From assembly GCF_006345805.1 (NCBI RefSeq), contig NC_043000.1, positions 154,070,001 through 154,134,000 of the forward strand: a DNA stretch of 64,000 nucleotides. Reading direction: 5' to 3'. Numbering within the stretch: position 1 is the first letter of the stretch; every line of letters begins with the position of its first letter. The notes under the pieces were generated by a model that was not told the DNA's origin, ran no database searches, and was given only the letters and a program-made list of their open reading frames with translations. Origin of the DNA: Octopus sinensis. Its lineage: Eukaryota. Below, one piece after another: positions 37,533 to 50,671 of this stretch. Made by a program: the position numbers and the translations under genes.

Positions 37533-37632
37533 TCTTTTCTACTTTAGGCACAAGGCCCGAAATTTTGGGGGGTCGATAGATTAAGTACCAGTTGCGTACT
37601 GGAGTCGATATAATCAACTGCCCCCCACCTCC
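37533..37632. mobile_element. Rearranged Deu/Nin-like SINE fragment (tail B inverted against core)
   Basis: TTCTACTTTAGGCACAAGGCCCG (minus tail) joined to GGTCGATAGATTAAGTACCAG (plus core). Confidence 0.6.
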
Positions 37633-38059
37633 GAAAGGGGTCGATAAATTAAGAAGGCATGAACATGTCATTGTCAGAACAAGATTTTACAAATCATAAC
37701 AACTTTTCGTATTATATCAAAATCCTTGTTAATAGACTTCAAGGTTCCTGATATTCTGATTTTCGAATATTTTTGTATGTTGATAAAACCATATATTGAA
37801 TGAACTGAATGGTAACCTTCTGTATAAAATTGAATTTCCGTTAGTGTTAACGATGTTCGCTTAAACTAAGTCTTTGGCCTTACAACTCTCTTTAAAAGGA
37901 CAATCTTTGGCGATCATACAAACTCAGTTTGATGTATTCAATTAGGGAGGTAGAGATTTTAATTACAATATTCCCCCCTCTCTCATTTCTCTCTCCTTCT
38001 CACCTTCTCTTATATCTCTATCTATCTATCTTTCCCTCTGGCTCTGGCTCTGTCTGTCT

Positions 38060-38098
38060 CTCTCGGCCTCTGTCTCTCTCTCTCTTTCTCTGTCTCTC

Positions 38099-38180
<82 letters not shown>
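38060..38180. repeat. (CT)n microsatellite
   Basis: Direct inspection. Confidence 0.95.
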
Positions 38181-38182
<2 letters not shown>

Positions 38183-38410
38183 TCCCTATGTGCCATACTT
38201 CCGACATCGGGGATCATAGATCTCCATGCCAAGGACTGAAGGTACATAATTTTTTTGAGAAAAATACAGCAGTTATTTCCCGTTGCACTTTGTTGCTTTA
38301 TTTGCAAATTAGGCTACTAGTCTCCTGCTCTCCCAAGTGTAGCCTTGAGGAAGTGTTTAACCCTAGGGCAAGGGGACAATTTTATTTGACATCAGAACAT
38401 GTCAACATAC

Positions 38411-38518
38411 CGGTTGGCCTGGGTTTTGTGGCACATGTCTTGGGAGCAAACAGTCCTCTGATCCCTGTGTACCTTTGTCACAGAACCACCTTCTACTATT
38501 TGACCCATAAATGGGGCT
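38411..38518 (-). CDS. Candidate 108-bp internal exon (SPIYGSNSRRWFCDKGTQGSEDCLLPRHVPQNPGQP)
   Basis: (CT)n-CAG acceptor, CCG|GTATGT donor, phase 0-0 and in frame with 32533-32634; other frames are also open. Confidence 0.3.
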
Positions 38519-38570
38519 CTGAGAGAGAGAGAGAGAAAGAGAGAGACAGAGAAAGAGAGAGAGACAGACA

Positions 38571-38952
38571 GAGGCGCAATGGCCCAGTGGTTAGGGCAGC
38601 GGACTCGCGGTCATAGGATCGCGGTTTCGATTCCCAGAACGGGCGTTGTGAGTGTTTATTGAGCTAAAACACCTAAAGCTCCACGAGGCTCCGGCAGGGG
38701 ATGGTGGTGATCCCTGCTGTACTCTTTCACCACAACTTTCTCTCACTCTTACTTCCTGTTTCTGTTGTACCTGTATTTCAAAGGGCCGGCCTTGTCACTC
38801 TCTGTGTCACGCTGAATATCCCCGAGAACTACGTTAAGGGTGCACGTGTCTGTGGAGTGCTCAGCCACTTACACGTTAATTTCACGAGCTGGCTGTTCCG
38901 TTGATTCGGATCAACCGGAACCCTCGTCGTCGTAACGGACGGAGTGCTTCCA
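38571..38952 (+). mobile_element. tRNA-SINE family B, full length
   Basis: Near-identical to 5035-5416. Confidence 0.9.
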
Positions 38953-39566
38953 TCCATTACTGGCATTCTATCCTGGGCAAGACCAGACATTAGAATACTG
39001 GTAACTAAGGAGTAACTCCCTACAGAATTGTATTACAGTTATATTCCCGTTTTTCAATGTATTCAATCCTGTTACGTGCTTCGTTAAAATAGTTGGGTGT
39101 ATTAATGAAATCCCGTTCATTAGAAGATCTAGTAGAGTCATATGGATTCGTTTTTAGCTAAACTCTTAATTTCACTATCAGAATATTTAGTTAAGTTGTG
39201 GATACAATTGTAGACAAATTGTGAATTATTTTTGTTTTTGCATTTGTTGGGTATGAATAGAGCGTTGTCAAGGTTGAAGGAAATATCAAGAAAGTTATAA
39301 CTTGTAACTGAATTTTAAGTGTAATTAAAAAAGTTACATTTTTGAAGAACTTGTGAATGTCCTTGAAGAATCTATTAGTTTTCTTCTTGATATTAAAATC
39401 ACGAAATTATAACAGGCTGTCGCCGCGATATAAACTTCGGAGGATATACAGAAATGTACGGCATTTAAATTATATAATAAAAAAATATCGCAGACTTCTG
39501 TTGAATTCATCGGCCCTATACCAACATCAAACGGTACATTATTACACTTCTTAAACCAAAATAAGA

Positions 39567-39762
39567 TACTCTTTTACTTGTTTCAGTCATTTGACTGCGG
39601 CTATGCTGGAGCACCACCTTTAGTCGAGCAAATCGACCCCGGGACTTATTCTTTGTAAGCCCAGTACTTATTCTATCGGTCACTTTTTTCCGAACCGCTA
39701 AGTGACGGGGACGTAAACACACCAGCATCGGTTGTCAAGTGATGGTGGGGGGACAAAAACAG

Positions 39763-39801
<39 letters not shown>

Positions 39802-39954
39802 AATATACATATATACGACAGGCTTCTTTCAGTTTCCGTCTACCAAATCCACTCACAATGCATTGGTCGGCCCGAGGCTATAGCAGAAGACACTTGCCCA
39901 AGATGCCACGCAGTGGGACTGAACCCGAAACCATGTGGCTGGTTAGCAAGCTAC
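39567..39954 (-). mobile_element. CORE-type SINE family A, head truncated
   Basis: Family A blocks. Confidence 0.9.
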
Positions 39955-40794
39955 AAGTTTGTAAGATAATATCAATGTTTGTGTTATTAATAGGTGTAAT
40001 GTAAGTCTGAGTCTAGCACAGATTTAAGAAGTGGTTCTGTAATTGTATATTAAGTCTATTATAACGAGTTGAAAAAAACACGCTTGTTTATTTTTTATCC
40101 TGGGTTACATTAAACCATTGTTTAACTGAATTTATTCCTTCACCCTAGAAGTGAACTGAACTTGACTTTGAGAACGATAGTTTAAAAATATTTCTACTAA
40201 TAATTCTTATATCCGTTTTAGAAGTGTTAATTAGTTTACTTAATAGGTAAAATGCATTACTTTCACCTTTCAAATTACCGAATTTAAAAGGTAAAAGTAG
40301 GATAATAATCTCATAATGTATACCATAGTTGTTGTTTACAAATGTTTCATCCCTTACATCTATGTCTAATTAAAAGTAATTTAGCACAGTTAAAATGTGT
40401 TAATCCTGCCTATAAAAAGTCTCATATTGCTTGAATTAAATCACTTGACGTATCTAGAGTTTTGCAGTTGATTAATAAATATTAAATTTTTAATTAAAAT
40501 ACAATATCCTGGACGCTTTAGAACACTAAGCAATATTACGTATTTTTTACGAACTAATTAATTAAAATTTAAAACTGAAATATTAATTACTATTCAATAT
40601 TTTTTTTAAAATCTATTTTCAAAGGAACCAGATCTCAGTAATATTCTCAACCGCATAATTTACAAAACCAATCTTTCATTTTCAAATTTAAAGAACCTGT
40701 TATGTAACATTGCAAATCGTCAAACCAAACGCATATGTAATAGACCTACAAACACACACACATACACACACACACACTAACACACACACACACA

Positions 40795-40832
<38 letters not shown>

Positions 40833-41079
40833 ACAAATTTACTCGTCATTTCGTATATAACTGGTATACCACTAATAATCTGCAACCTTGCAGGATTATC
40901 CGTACTTTCAGGACATAATAACATTTTTTCTGTACATAATAATTCCGCAATGCATTTCTGCGCAAATAAATGTATACCTCCCATGTCTCTAATGGACTAT
41001 GCACCGATTGAAATTTGAATGAAACAGATATACTGAAGGATTAAATGAGTATGCATGTTACAAGTTTAGTAATACAGCC

Positions 41080-41930
41080 TGTATCAGTGAAACTGGATTA
41101 TTAGATAAATAGCTGTATGAAATCGAAATATGAACTAAATTACTGAATGAAATTAAACGGGAATGTTGGAATTAACCTCAAAGTTCTGGAAATCGAGAGC
41201 AAATTGCAGCATATATTGATAAGACAGCTTTACTTCTTTCAAAGGACGTAGGACATTTGCTTTTCCCTGCGCTTTGTAGCTTGCATCTGTGTGAGCTGTT
41301 GCATTTGAGTAAACTGGGATAGTTAACACACAATTTAGATGGGTTTTTTTAATCTCGAGGTCCCTTCTCGCTGCTTCCCGTTAATGTCCAGTATAATGCG
41401 GTTTGTCTGCATTATACACATGTTCAAGACAGTTCTCTTCAGCTACAAGCTTAGTGAATTTGTCCACTTACTTTTCATCTCTAGTTTGCGGATCGCTTTT
41501 CTCAACATAATTTCAGGATGAAAATTTTGTGATGCTTCGTAAAGCTTTGAAGCTATCCTTCATTCTAAGTACACTTGGATTCTAATTTAAGTTCTGCATG
41601 GAATAACTAAATCCGTTCCATTAATATAGTTGCTGACGTGTCTCCTCCATCATTAATATTGAACAAACTAAGGCACGAATTACATAAATAAACAGTTAAC
41701 CAAAAAGTTATGTAGTGGGTAAATTTAAGGGAAATACACTGTCTGCAATGTCATCTGTAGCTACAGGTTGGGTATACTAATATGGCGAACAGAAAAATTT
41801 CAATTTTTATATTGTAATTATATCAGGTATAAAAGAGGTTCCAGATTATCAGTGTCCAGAAAATCAGTGATGCACCTAAATATATCATAAAAGTTTCAAT
41901 ATCAATAGACACACGGTTAAACTGGCATAC
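41080..41930 (-). mobile_element. pogo/Tigger-type transposase relic
   Basis: Minus strand EENCLEHVYNAD then frameshifted ETALYW, and CNSSHRCKLQSAGKSKCPTSF, resembling the pogo/CENP-B DDE region; boundaries approximate. Confidence 0.6.
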
Positions 41931-42288
41931 TCTACTATGTCTAATGTTGCTGAATATATTGCAAGATTTAACCGTAGTAACTTAACCCGTGCAGCTTATA
42001 ATACAACAACTGACAGTCTTTCTAATCCTGTAATTTCTAGCCGCCTAAACAACTGCAATACAACGTCTACTGCAAATAATCAACATATTGTTGTACCCGA
42101 TACCAATAATAGTACTATTAATAATAATGAGTTGAACCCATACACACTAATAACCAAGCTAACCTTAATTTTTTGCTTAATGAACCGGCTATATGTTTAT
42201 ATCCATATTTTTCTATATGAATCCATATACATACTTGTTATATCTATGTGTACAGGTATGTAAGTGTATGTCCATGCGTATATACGTA

Positions 42289-42665
42289 TACTCTTTTACT
42301 TGTTTCAGTCATTTGACTGCGGCTATGCTGGAGCACCGCCTTTAGTCGAGAAAATCGACCCGGGACTTATTCTTTGTAAGCCCAGTACTTATTCTATCAG
42401 TCTCTTTTGCCGAACCACTAAGTTACGGGGACGTAAACACACCAGCATCGGTTGTCAAGCGATGTTGGGGGGACAAACACAGACACACAAACACACACAT
42501 ATACATATATACGACGTGCTTCTTTCAGTTTCCATCTGCCAAATCCACTCACAAGGATTTGGTCGGCCCGAAGCTATAGTAGAAGACACTTGCCCAAGGT
42601 GCCACGCAGTGGGACTGAACCCGGACCATGTGGTTGGTAAGCAAGCTACTTACCACACAACCACT
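42289..42665 (-). mobile_element. CORE-type SINE family A
   Basis: Family A blocks. Confidence 0.9.
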
Positions 42666-43418
42666 TAAAAAAGTTTTCTTTTAATTTTCCCAAGTATACC
42701 CAAGTTTGTATATTAAATAGGCATGTGTGCATATGTGTTTGCATTTATATCGGTCTGCGGGCTTAGGTTTTATATGTAAAATGTATACATATCTGTGTAT
42801 GTGTGCGATCGCGCGTATGTGTATGCATATATTCACATATATCTATAAATCTGTATTTATACTGTATGTATGTATGTGTATTTATGTGTACTTATGTATA
42901 TATATAAGTGTATATAAGTCTATACATGTATATATGCATATTTGTGTGTTGAATGCGCCTACATAAGTATCTGTACGTGAATGTATGTGCATATATGTAT
43001 ACCTATATCTATGTATGTAAGTCTATAGGTACATATATGTATTTGTATGCATATATTTATATGCATGTATATTTATATATGTATTGTGTGCATATGTATA
43101 TATGTGTTTATACTTAAGTGTATATATACAAATGATGTGTGTACAAATGATTGCCTCCGTCTGGTCTGTATGTATATCATTTGGTATAAGTGTATATAGC
43201 ACTGCATGAGTATGGTCCTGTATTTTTAGTATGTTAATACTTAAGAGTTTGTACTTCTATGTAGGCGTATGTATTGTTTTGGTTCCACTACAGTTGATTG
43301 AGAGAGAAACTGTTTCAGGTCTTTTGACTTTTTAACTCTGGTTGAAAATAACTGTTGTTCAATGCTATCTCTTGCTTTAATATTTATCTCTCGCTCTTTG
43401 TTTCCTATATATTAATAT

Positions 43419-43566
43419 ATAGGAATGGCTGTGTGGTAAGAAGCTTGCTTCCCAACCACATTGTTCGAGGTTCTGTCTCACTGCGTCGCACCTTGGGCAA
43501 GTAACTTCCACTATAGCCTCGAGCAACCAAACCCTTGTTAGTGGATTTAGTAGACGGACATTGAAA
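43419..43566 (+). mobile_element. CORE-type SINE family A, 5' half
   Basis: GGAATGGCTGTGTGGTAAGAAGCTTGC...CACCTTGGGCAAG. Confidence 0.8.
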
Positions 43567-43616
43567 TATACATACATATATATATATATATATAAAACTT
43601 GCAAAGAAGGTTTTGA

Positions 43617-43670
43617 AACCACCTGAAGAATGTCTCATAGAAGTGCTGACACGAAACGATCGTAGTGGTT
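43617..43670 (+). ncRNA. Type-I hammerhead ribozyme candidate, compact with intact core
   Basis: AACCAC CTGAAGA A TGTC..GACA C GAA AC GATC GT A GTGGTT: 6-bp perfect stem I, palindromic helix III, GUA triplet. Confidence 0.7.
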
Positions 43671-44710
43671 ATTTTAATTAAATTTAATTTATATAAATTA
43701 TTTTATGTATTGGCTTAAGTCTTTCTTTGTTTGATTTGCATAATTGTGGTTTTGTCTCTAATGTAATATAATATATATATATATATATATTATCGTATTT
43801 AATGCGTGGGTGTGTGAGAGAGAGAGAGAGATAGAGATAGAGAGTGTGTGTATGTGTGTGTGTAAATACAAATGGAAATGAAATTGAAAGAAGAAAACAA
43901 TAATATCATACGAAAAAAGAAGGGGGAGCAGAAAAGGAAAAGAAATAAATGACGTTAAGAGAAATATAATCAAGGGAATAAAATATAGACTTGATTACAT
44001 GGTATATGAACGGATTTTAATGGAATGAGATAAAGTGTAGTGAAGTAGGTAGAAATAATATAAAATCCTTTGATATATACTTACATATATATATATATAT
44101 ATATATATACATAATTAATAATATCAGGGTAATAAAGATTTTAGAAATTTTTACTACTAGTGGCCTAGCGTATAGAAAAATTTGTCAATAGACTATATAT
44201 TATTCATATAAAATACAGTGTACATTTAAACACATTAGAGGTGTCCATCATAGGACTCCCTTACGCTAGAAGGAACAGCTAAAGTCCAAACCACTAATTA
44301 GGGATAAAATTTCGAAGGGAATGAAAAATAAAAACATTTACCATCTATTTGAACTCAGAACGTAAAGACAGACCAAATACCAAATGTTGATAGAGAATTG
44401 TGTAAGCGATTGGTTATGATATTCTCCGTCTCTTGATCACATTCTTTGACGGAAATGTAATGGACGAAGATTTTAGTGAAGGTAAAGTTGCAGCGGTATA
44501 CATATATTAAAAAGATACTACTACATGAGTGTGTCTAAGAGAGAGGGGAGAGAGACAGAGAGAGAGACAAAGATAGACGGAGAAAGGAAGACTGAGAGGA
44601 TTGAATTCCTTTCAACTTTTCAGGATCAACAAAATAAATGAGTCATCTAGTAGGAACGATTAAGCCTATTTTATTTCTTCGCTAGAAATTTGTGGCTTTG
44701 ATCCCTAAAT

Positions 44711-45120
44711 TAACAAGAAAGGCACTCGGAGAGCGCAGACCTCCGCCAAGCAGTTCATTTTAAGATAGATACGCGAATAAAATTTCTAATAGAGAAACGA
44801 AAATAAACTTTAGAAACAGCAACCCCAACATAGGTTACGTGGAAACGATTAACGTGTTTTCATGAGAGATAATCAAAGAACGTAACATTGTAATACTTCA
44901 CGTAAAGTAAATATAACAAATGAAAAATCATTCAAAAATCCATAAAAATTCCCGGATCATTACTAAAATTTCATCATCTGTTCCTTGTGCCATTACCAAC
45001 TTTTCCTGCAAGTTTCATTAAATACCGTTCACAACATTTTGAGTTATTTTGCATACAGACGGACAGACGGACAAACCAACGCCGATGAAAAGATAACCTC
45101 CTTCCTTGGCAGAGGTAGTA
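44711..45120 (+). mobile_element. Helentron-associated non-autonomous element (HINE/DINE-1-like)
   Basis: TAACAAGA start, subTIR ACCTCCGCCAAG at 44739-44750, (GACG/GACA)n, terminal CTTGGCAGAGGT at 45105-45116. Confidence 0.7.
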
Positions 45121-45716
45121 ATTAACTTTAAAATCTAGGTCGTGGATGGTCACACATATCTATAGAGGCAAATGTAGCCAGTGGCAAACAATTTCCTTTC
45201 ATAGCCATGTAATCCAGTTCGAACCCATTGCTAATGTATTCTACTGTAAAATCAAGTTGTGAGCGGAATTTTGTAGACGGCATGGCCACAGTCCAATGAA
45301 AGAGTAAAAGAATACATGTACGTGCGTAGGAGTAAGCTAAAGCTGGGTGCATATTTAGCACATATCTATGTAGATATATATCCGATATTCTATCAAACTA
45401 TAATGGCACTACTCCATTGGTATTTTTCTCCAACTGTTAGGCAATCGAGTGAATTACTTGACTTTCAGTTAATACCAGAGTCCATCAAATGATGGTCAGT
45501 CTTAGATAATTTATGAGACCAACGTGACCTAAATCGTCTTTAATTAAACTTGAATTTAGCACTCGTCAGCTTTCAGATCTCCCGCTGTTTATAGCAGTAA
45601 ATCGTTCTACTCTGCGGTCTACCTACACTTATGATTACAGCAGTGACTGTACACAGCCAATTAGTCTTCGTCTTTTTGTTTCAGGCACAATATATCCTAA
45701 GTCTACATTATTAGAT

Positions 45717-45928
45717 TTCTTTTTTACTTGTTTCAGTCATTTGACTGCGGCCATGCTGGAGCACCACCTTTAGTCGAGCAAATCGACCCCGGGACTTATT
45801 CTTTGTAAGCCCAGTACTTATTCTATCGGTCACTTTTGCCGAACCGCTAAGTGACGGGGACGTAAACACACCAGCATCGGTTGTCAAGCAATGGTGGGGG
45901 ACAAACACAGACACACACACACACACAC

Positions 45929-45976
<48 letters not shown>

Positions 45977-46144
45977 TACGACAGGCTTCTTTCAGTTTCC
46001 GTCTACCAAATCCACTCACAAGGCGTTGGTCGGCCCGGGGCTATAGCAGAAGACACTTGCCCAAAATGCCACGCAGTGGGACTGAACCCAGAACCATATG
46101 ATTGGTTAGCAAGCTACTTACCACACAGCCACTCCTGCGCCTAT
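45717..46144 (-). mobile_element. CORE-type SINE family A, full length
   Basis: Family A blocks. Confidence 0.9.
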
Positions 46145-46802
46145 AGATGTGGCCTTCCTTTCTCAAAGATGATTGTATGCGATATGAAGGTAGTTTGACA
46201 AGCTCGTTTTTGCAGATCAAGTGTCCGCAATGGACAATACTCATTGGCTCTAATTATTTTCGTGTGTTCGAGTATTTCACACAGGGCATTTCGAAATGTT
46301 AATTTTTTCAATGTTTATTCATTTCCATTCTCTTTCCCCGCTCGAAACTGCAGTATATTTATCTATTTAACATGCAGCTTTTGTATAGGTGTTAATGATT
46401 TTAATATATTTGCAAGTAAATCTGACTTGGTAATACATACCATGCTTCCGATAATTGCTTAGTTACCTATGATATCGCAAAGAGAATTAGATACCCTCTT
46501 GGCCAACCCACTTTTGATTCTATAAAACATCCAGGGTGTGACAGCTAGATGGAGAGGGTGATGCTGCAGTACAGGCCTGACACTCATTTTTAGACTGGAG
46601 CAATGAATGAAGTGCATTCTTGAAAGAACGAGAAACTCGGTCCAGGTACCCAAGAATGCCCACTCTTATACTCATGAGCCCAAAATTGCACTGTCTAATA
46701 TTCTCATTTAGTTTAACAACATCACGAAGTAGAACGACTAGATGCCATAGTATAAAGTGTCAAAATCAATATTTCTGAGCACAAATCAATCATTCAGAAT
46801 AA

Positions 46803-47197
46803 TCTTTATATATAAAAGAGAGGTTGTGTGCTGTCTGTCTCCTACGATTTAGATTCCTAACTACTCCCACATTTTGCGGTGCAGTTTAACCAAAACCGGG
46901 TATCTTATAGTCGTGATTCATATCGAGCCCTTCTGGGTATTAGCGCGCGTCTACGATGAGTCTACGATTTAAAAAAAAATTTACCATCAATTTTTCACAT
47001 TTTTAATGCATTTTTGGCATATATAAGAGAAGTAACTCTCTAAAGATTTATTATTAAATCTCAGAACGTAAAAAGCTACAGTAACACCCCACCCCCCTTT
47101 GTGGTTAGCCATATTAGCTATTATACTTTACATCCCTAAAAATGCTTATATAGTTATTTCCCTTACAAACCCAAGCAACGCCGGGCGATACTGCTAG
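46803..47197 (+). mobile_element. Non-autonomous Helitron H1 with a different internal segment
   Basis: A|TC start, CCCAAGCAACGCCGGG hairpin, CTAG|T end; about 47040-47135 differs from the other copies. Confidence 0.85.
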
Positions 47198-47887
47198 TTT
47201 TATATAGTCAAATATTCTTTGAAAACAATCAAGCAACTAAATTTTGTGCTTTATGAAAATTGCATGATTTTTCAATTTCTTATTTTATTATTAGAATCCT
47301 AAAGAATATTATGCAGTCACTGACCTTTCGAAGTTGGTAGGTTGTACTAAATAACAGCGAAGTTGTGGAGTAGAAGGCGTGTAATTATGAAAATCGTTTC
47401 TGATCTCTCAATGCAAAACCATCATCAAGTATCTTCAATCATAATCGAGGACGACCATAGCTTGGTGAGTAAAATTAAATAAACAGAAACTCTACAGAAG
47501 CCTGTTGGAAAGAATGTATTTGTTCTCAGGTCGTATACTTAACACTCCACCAGTTGGCCTCTTAATGCTTTTAGAGAAGCATAATCTGCGACAAACATTT
47601 TTGATACGATTTGTTTTATCTGAAGACAATGCAACAACTTAATGTGCTGTTTTCTACTTTAAGGACACATAAATAGTGGTGGGGCCTTTTTCCCTTCCCC
47701 CTACCATTCTCGGTAATTATAAGCACTACCCCTTTTCGTTTGACTGAATCATAAGAAAATTTAAGACAGTAATTAAAAATAAAGGATTTGAACACGTATA
47801 AAAAGTAAAACTATGATTTTTCATATAATAATTTATTCGAGAGCCTTAATTATCAGGTATAGTAAAAAAAATGTTGAAGTTCTGAAC

Positions 47888-48291
47888 ACAGGAGTGGCTG
47901 TGTGGTAAGTAGCTTGCTAACCAAACACATGGTTCCGGGTTCAGTCCCACTGCGTGACATCTTGGGCAAGTGTCTTCTACTATAGCCTCGAGCCGACCAA
48001 TGCCTTGTGAGTGGATTTGGTAGACGGAAACTGAAAGAAGCCCGTCGTATATATGTATATATATATGTGTATGTGTGTGCGTGTTCGTCCCCCTAGCATT
48101 GCTTGACAACCGATGCTGGTGTGTTTATGTCCTCCGTAACTTAGCGGTTCGGCAAAAGAGACCGATAGAATAAGTACTAGGCTTACAAAGAATAAGTCCC
48201 GGGGTCGATTTGCTCGACTAAAGGCGGTGCTCCAGCATGGCCGCAGTCAAATGACTGAAACAAGTAAAAGAGTAAAAGAGTAAAAGAGTAA
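47888..48291 (+). mobile_element. CORE-type SINE family A, full length
   Basis: Family A blocks with (GTAAAAGA)3 tail. Confidence 0.9.
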
Positions 48292-48730
48292 ATTATCTAA
48301 CGGCATTATCTTTTGCATTTAGGGTGACAAATCTTGCTACAACAAAATTTGACATATATTTCTTCTGAATTTAAATAAGATATTTACGAATATACTGATT
48401 TGGTGCAATCGTCTACACATTTTGGAAAAAATTTTGTCATATACTAATATCTCAAAAAAATATAAACTTAATTTTCTGTTCTTGAATCCGTGTAATTTGG
48501 TTTTATATCGTCTCGATCATATACATAGCTTTTATAGCCTCAACATTTTGCTTGACAGAAATTTTGATATTAGTATTTAATGCGTTTAACGTTCTTTTAT
48601 GAAATAAGACAGTAATTTGATAGCTTTTCGCATTACCACGGAACATTTTCCTTCTTTAATTTCATTCGAAATTTTACAAAAGTCGAAAAACTTTCATACT
48701 AGCATTTTATTATTATTATTATTATTATTA

Positions 48731-48765
<35 letters not shown>

Positions 48766-48944
48766 TATTATTATTGTTATTATTATTATTATGAGGTATA
48801 TTTTCATTTCGGGAAATACAATTTCCGTTATAGTCTAAATCCTATACATATGTAAAACTGAAAATAAACAGAATTTGATACCAATCTTATTTTCAATTCC
48901 TATTATTAACGAAACTGATATACCTAGTTATAGTTAACTGCCTA

Positions 48945-49665
48945 GTATGCACGTAGGTATGTATATTTGCACGTAGCTATGTATGTATGTATGTATGTAT
49001 GTATGTATGTATGTATGTATGTATGTATGTATGTATGTATGTGTGTATGCATGTATGTATGTATGTATGTATGTATGTATGTATGTATGTATGTGTGTGT
49101 ATATGTATGTATGTATGTATGTGTATGTATGTATGTATGTGTGTGTGTATATATGTATGCATGTATGTATGTATGTATGTATGTATGTGTGTGTATATGT
49201 ATGTGTGTATGTATGTATGTGTGTATGTATGTATGTATGTGTGTGTATGTATGTATGAGTGTGTGTATGTATGTGTGTGTGTGTGTATGTATGTATGTAT
49301 GCATGTATGTATGTATGTGTGTGTGTATGTATGTGTGTATGTATGTATGCGTTTATGTATGTATGTATGTATGTATCTATGTGTGTGTGTACGTATGTAT
49401 GTATGTATGCATGCATGTATGTATGTATGCATGTATGTATGTATGTATGTATGTATGTATGTGTGTGTATATGTATGTGTGTATGTATGTATGTGTTTAT
49501 GTATGTATGTATGTATGTATGTATCTATGTGTGTGTGTGTATGTATGTATGTATGTATGCATGTATGTATGTATGTATGTTATGTATGTATGTGTGCATG
49601 TATGGATGGATGCATGCATGTATGAATGGATGCATGCATGTATGTATGTATGTATTTATTTGTGT

Positions 49666-49735
<70 letters not shown>
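48945..49735. repeat. (TATG)n plus (TG)n microsatellite
   Basis: Direct inspection. Confidence 0.95.
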
Positions 49736-49738
<3 letters not shown>

Positions 49739-50279
49739 CGTGCAAAGAACACGCTGGCAGTAACTTCAAAGTTTCGCTAATGCTTATTTCGTCAGAGAGT
49801 AAATACTGCCATTGTAGATACCAGCTATATTTATATTCTTAACTCTCGGATGTGGAGTACAGGGAGTTTCTTGTCGGCGAGTTAACTGAACAAAATGGTA
49901 GTAATAGTTACTAGGGTGAAAATTTAAACTATAAAATGCTTTTTTATTGTTTATTAATACTGAATAATTTATGCAAGGAGACAAAAAGGTATATGTATGA
50001 GGAAAAGAAATTTGGGTTAAGGGTCATTGGGCGTACGGGTTAAACCAAGGTAAAGTAGTTTAAATGGGGTTCGTCGATGTTTTGATTTCCTCAGTATTAG
50101 CCGAAATCACTGATTCATGGAGTTGGATTTGTCTTATAAAGAACTGAAGCGGGTGTCTTTATACGAACAATCATTAATGTACATAATAGGTTGCGAAACG
50201 CTTACTAGCACAAAGATTTACACAGAACTGTTATACGTGCTCCAAAGATATACTTGTAAAATATAGGCGAACACATTAT

Positions 50280-50638
50280 GGAAGCACTCCGTCGGTTACG
50301 ACGATGAGGGTTCCGGTTGATCCGAATCAACCGAACGGCCTGCTCGTGAAATTAACGTGTAAGTGGCTGAGCACTCCACAGAGACGTGCACCCTTAACGT
50401 AGTTCTCGGGGATATTCAGCATGACACAGAGAGTGACAAGGCCGGCCCTTTGAAATACAGGTACAACAGAAACAGGAAGTAAGAGTGAGAGAAAGTTGTG
50501 GTGAAAGAGTACAGCAGGGATCACCACCATCCACTGCCGGAGCCTCGTGGAGCTTTAGGTATTTTCGCTCAATAAACACTCACAACGCCCGGTCTGGGAA
50601 TCGAAACCGCGATCCTATGACCGCGAGGCCGCCTCCAC
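50280..50638 (-). mobile_element. tRNA-SINE family B with A-box deletion and 12-bp TSD
   Basis: TSD CGAACACATTAT at 50268-50279 and 50639-50650. Confidence 0.9.
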
Positions 50639-50671
50639 CGAACACATTATATATACATAGACACATGAATA

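Noticed and set aside
40844-41000. Possible minus exon (MGGIHLFAQKCIAELL..)
   Set aside because: Its phase is incompatible with the 38518 candidate in the preferred frame, and it lies beside a pogo relic
44225-44275. Minus-strand degenerate hammerhead-like fold (GGACAC/GTGTTT)
   Set aside because: Neither CUGANGA nor GAAA is intact
46459-46690. GC-richer patch with open frames on both strands
   Set aside because: No frame gives a recognisable domain; it could be an old repeat
47370-47470. Possible plus exon ending TTG|GTGAGT
   Set aside because: Only the donor site supports it
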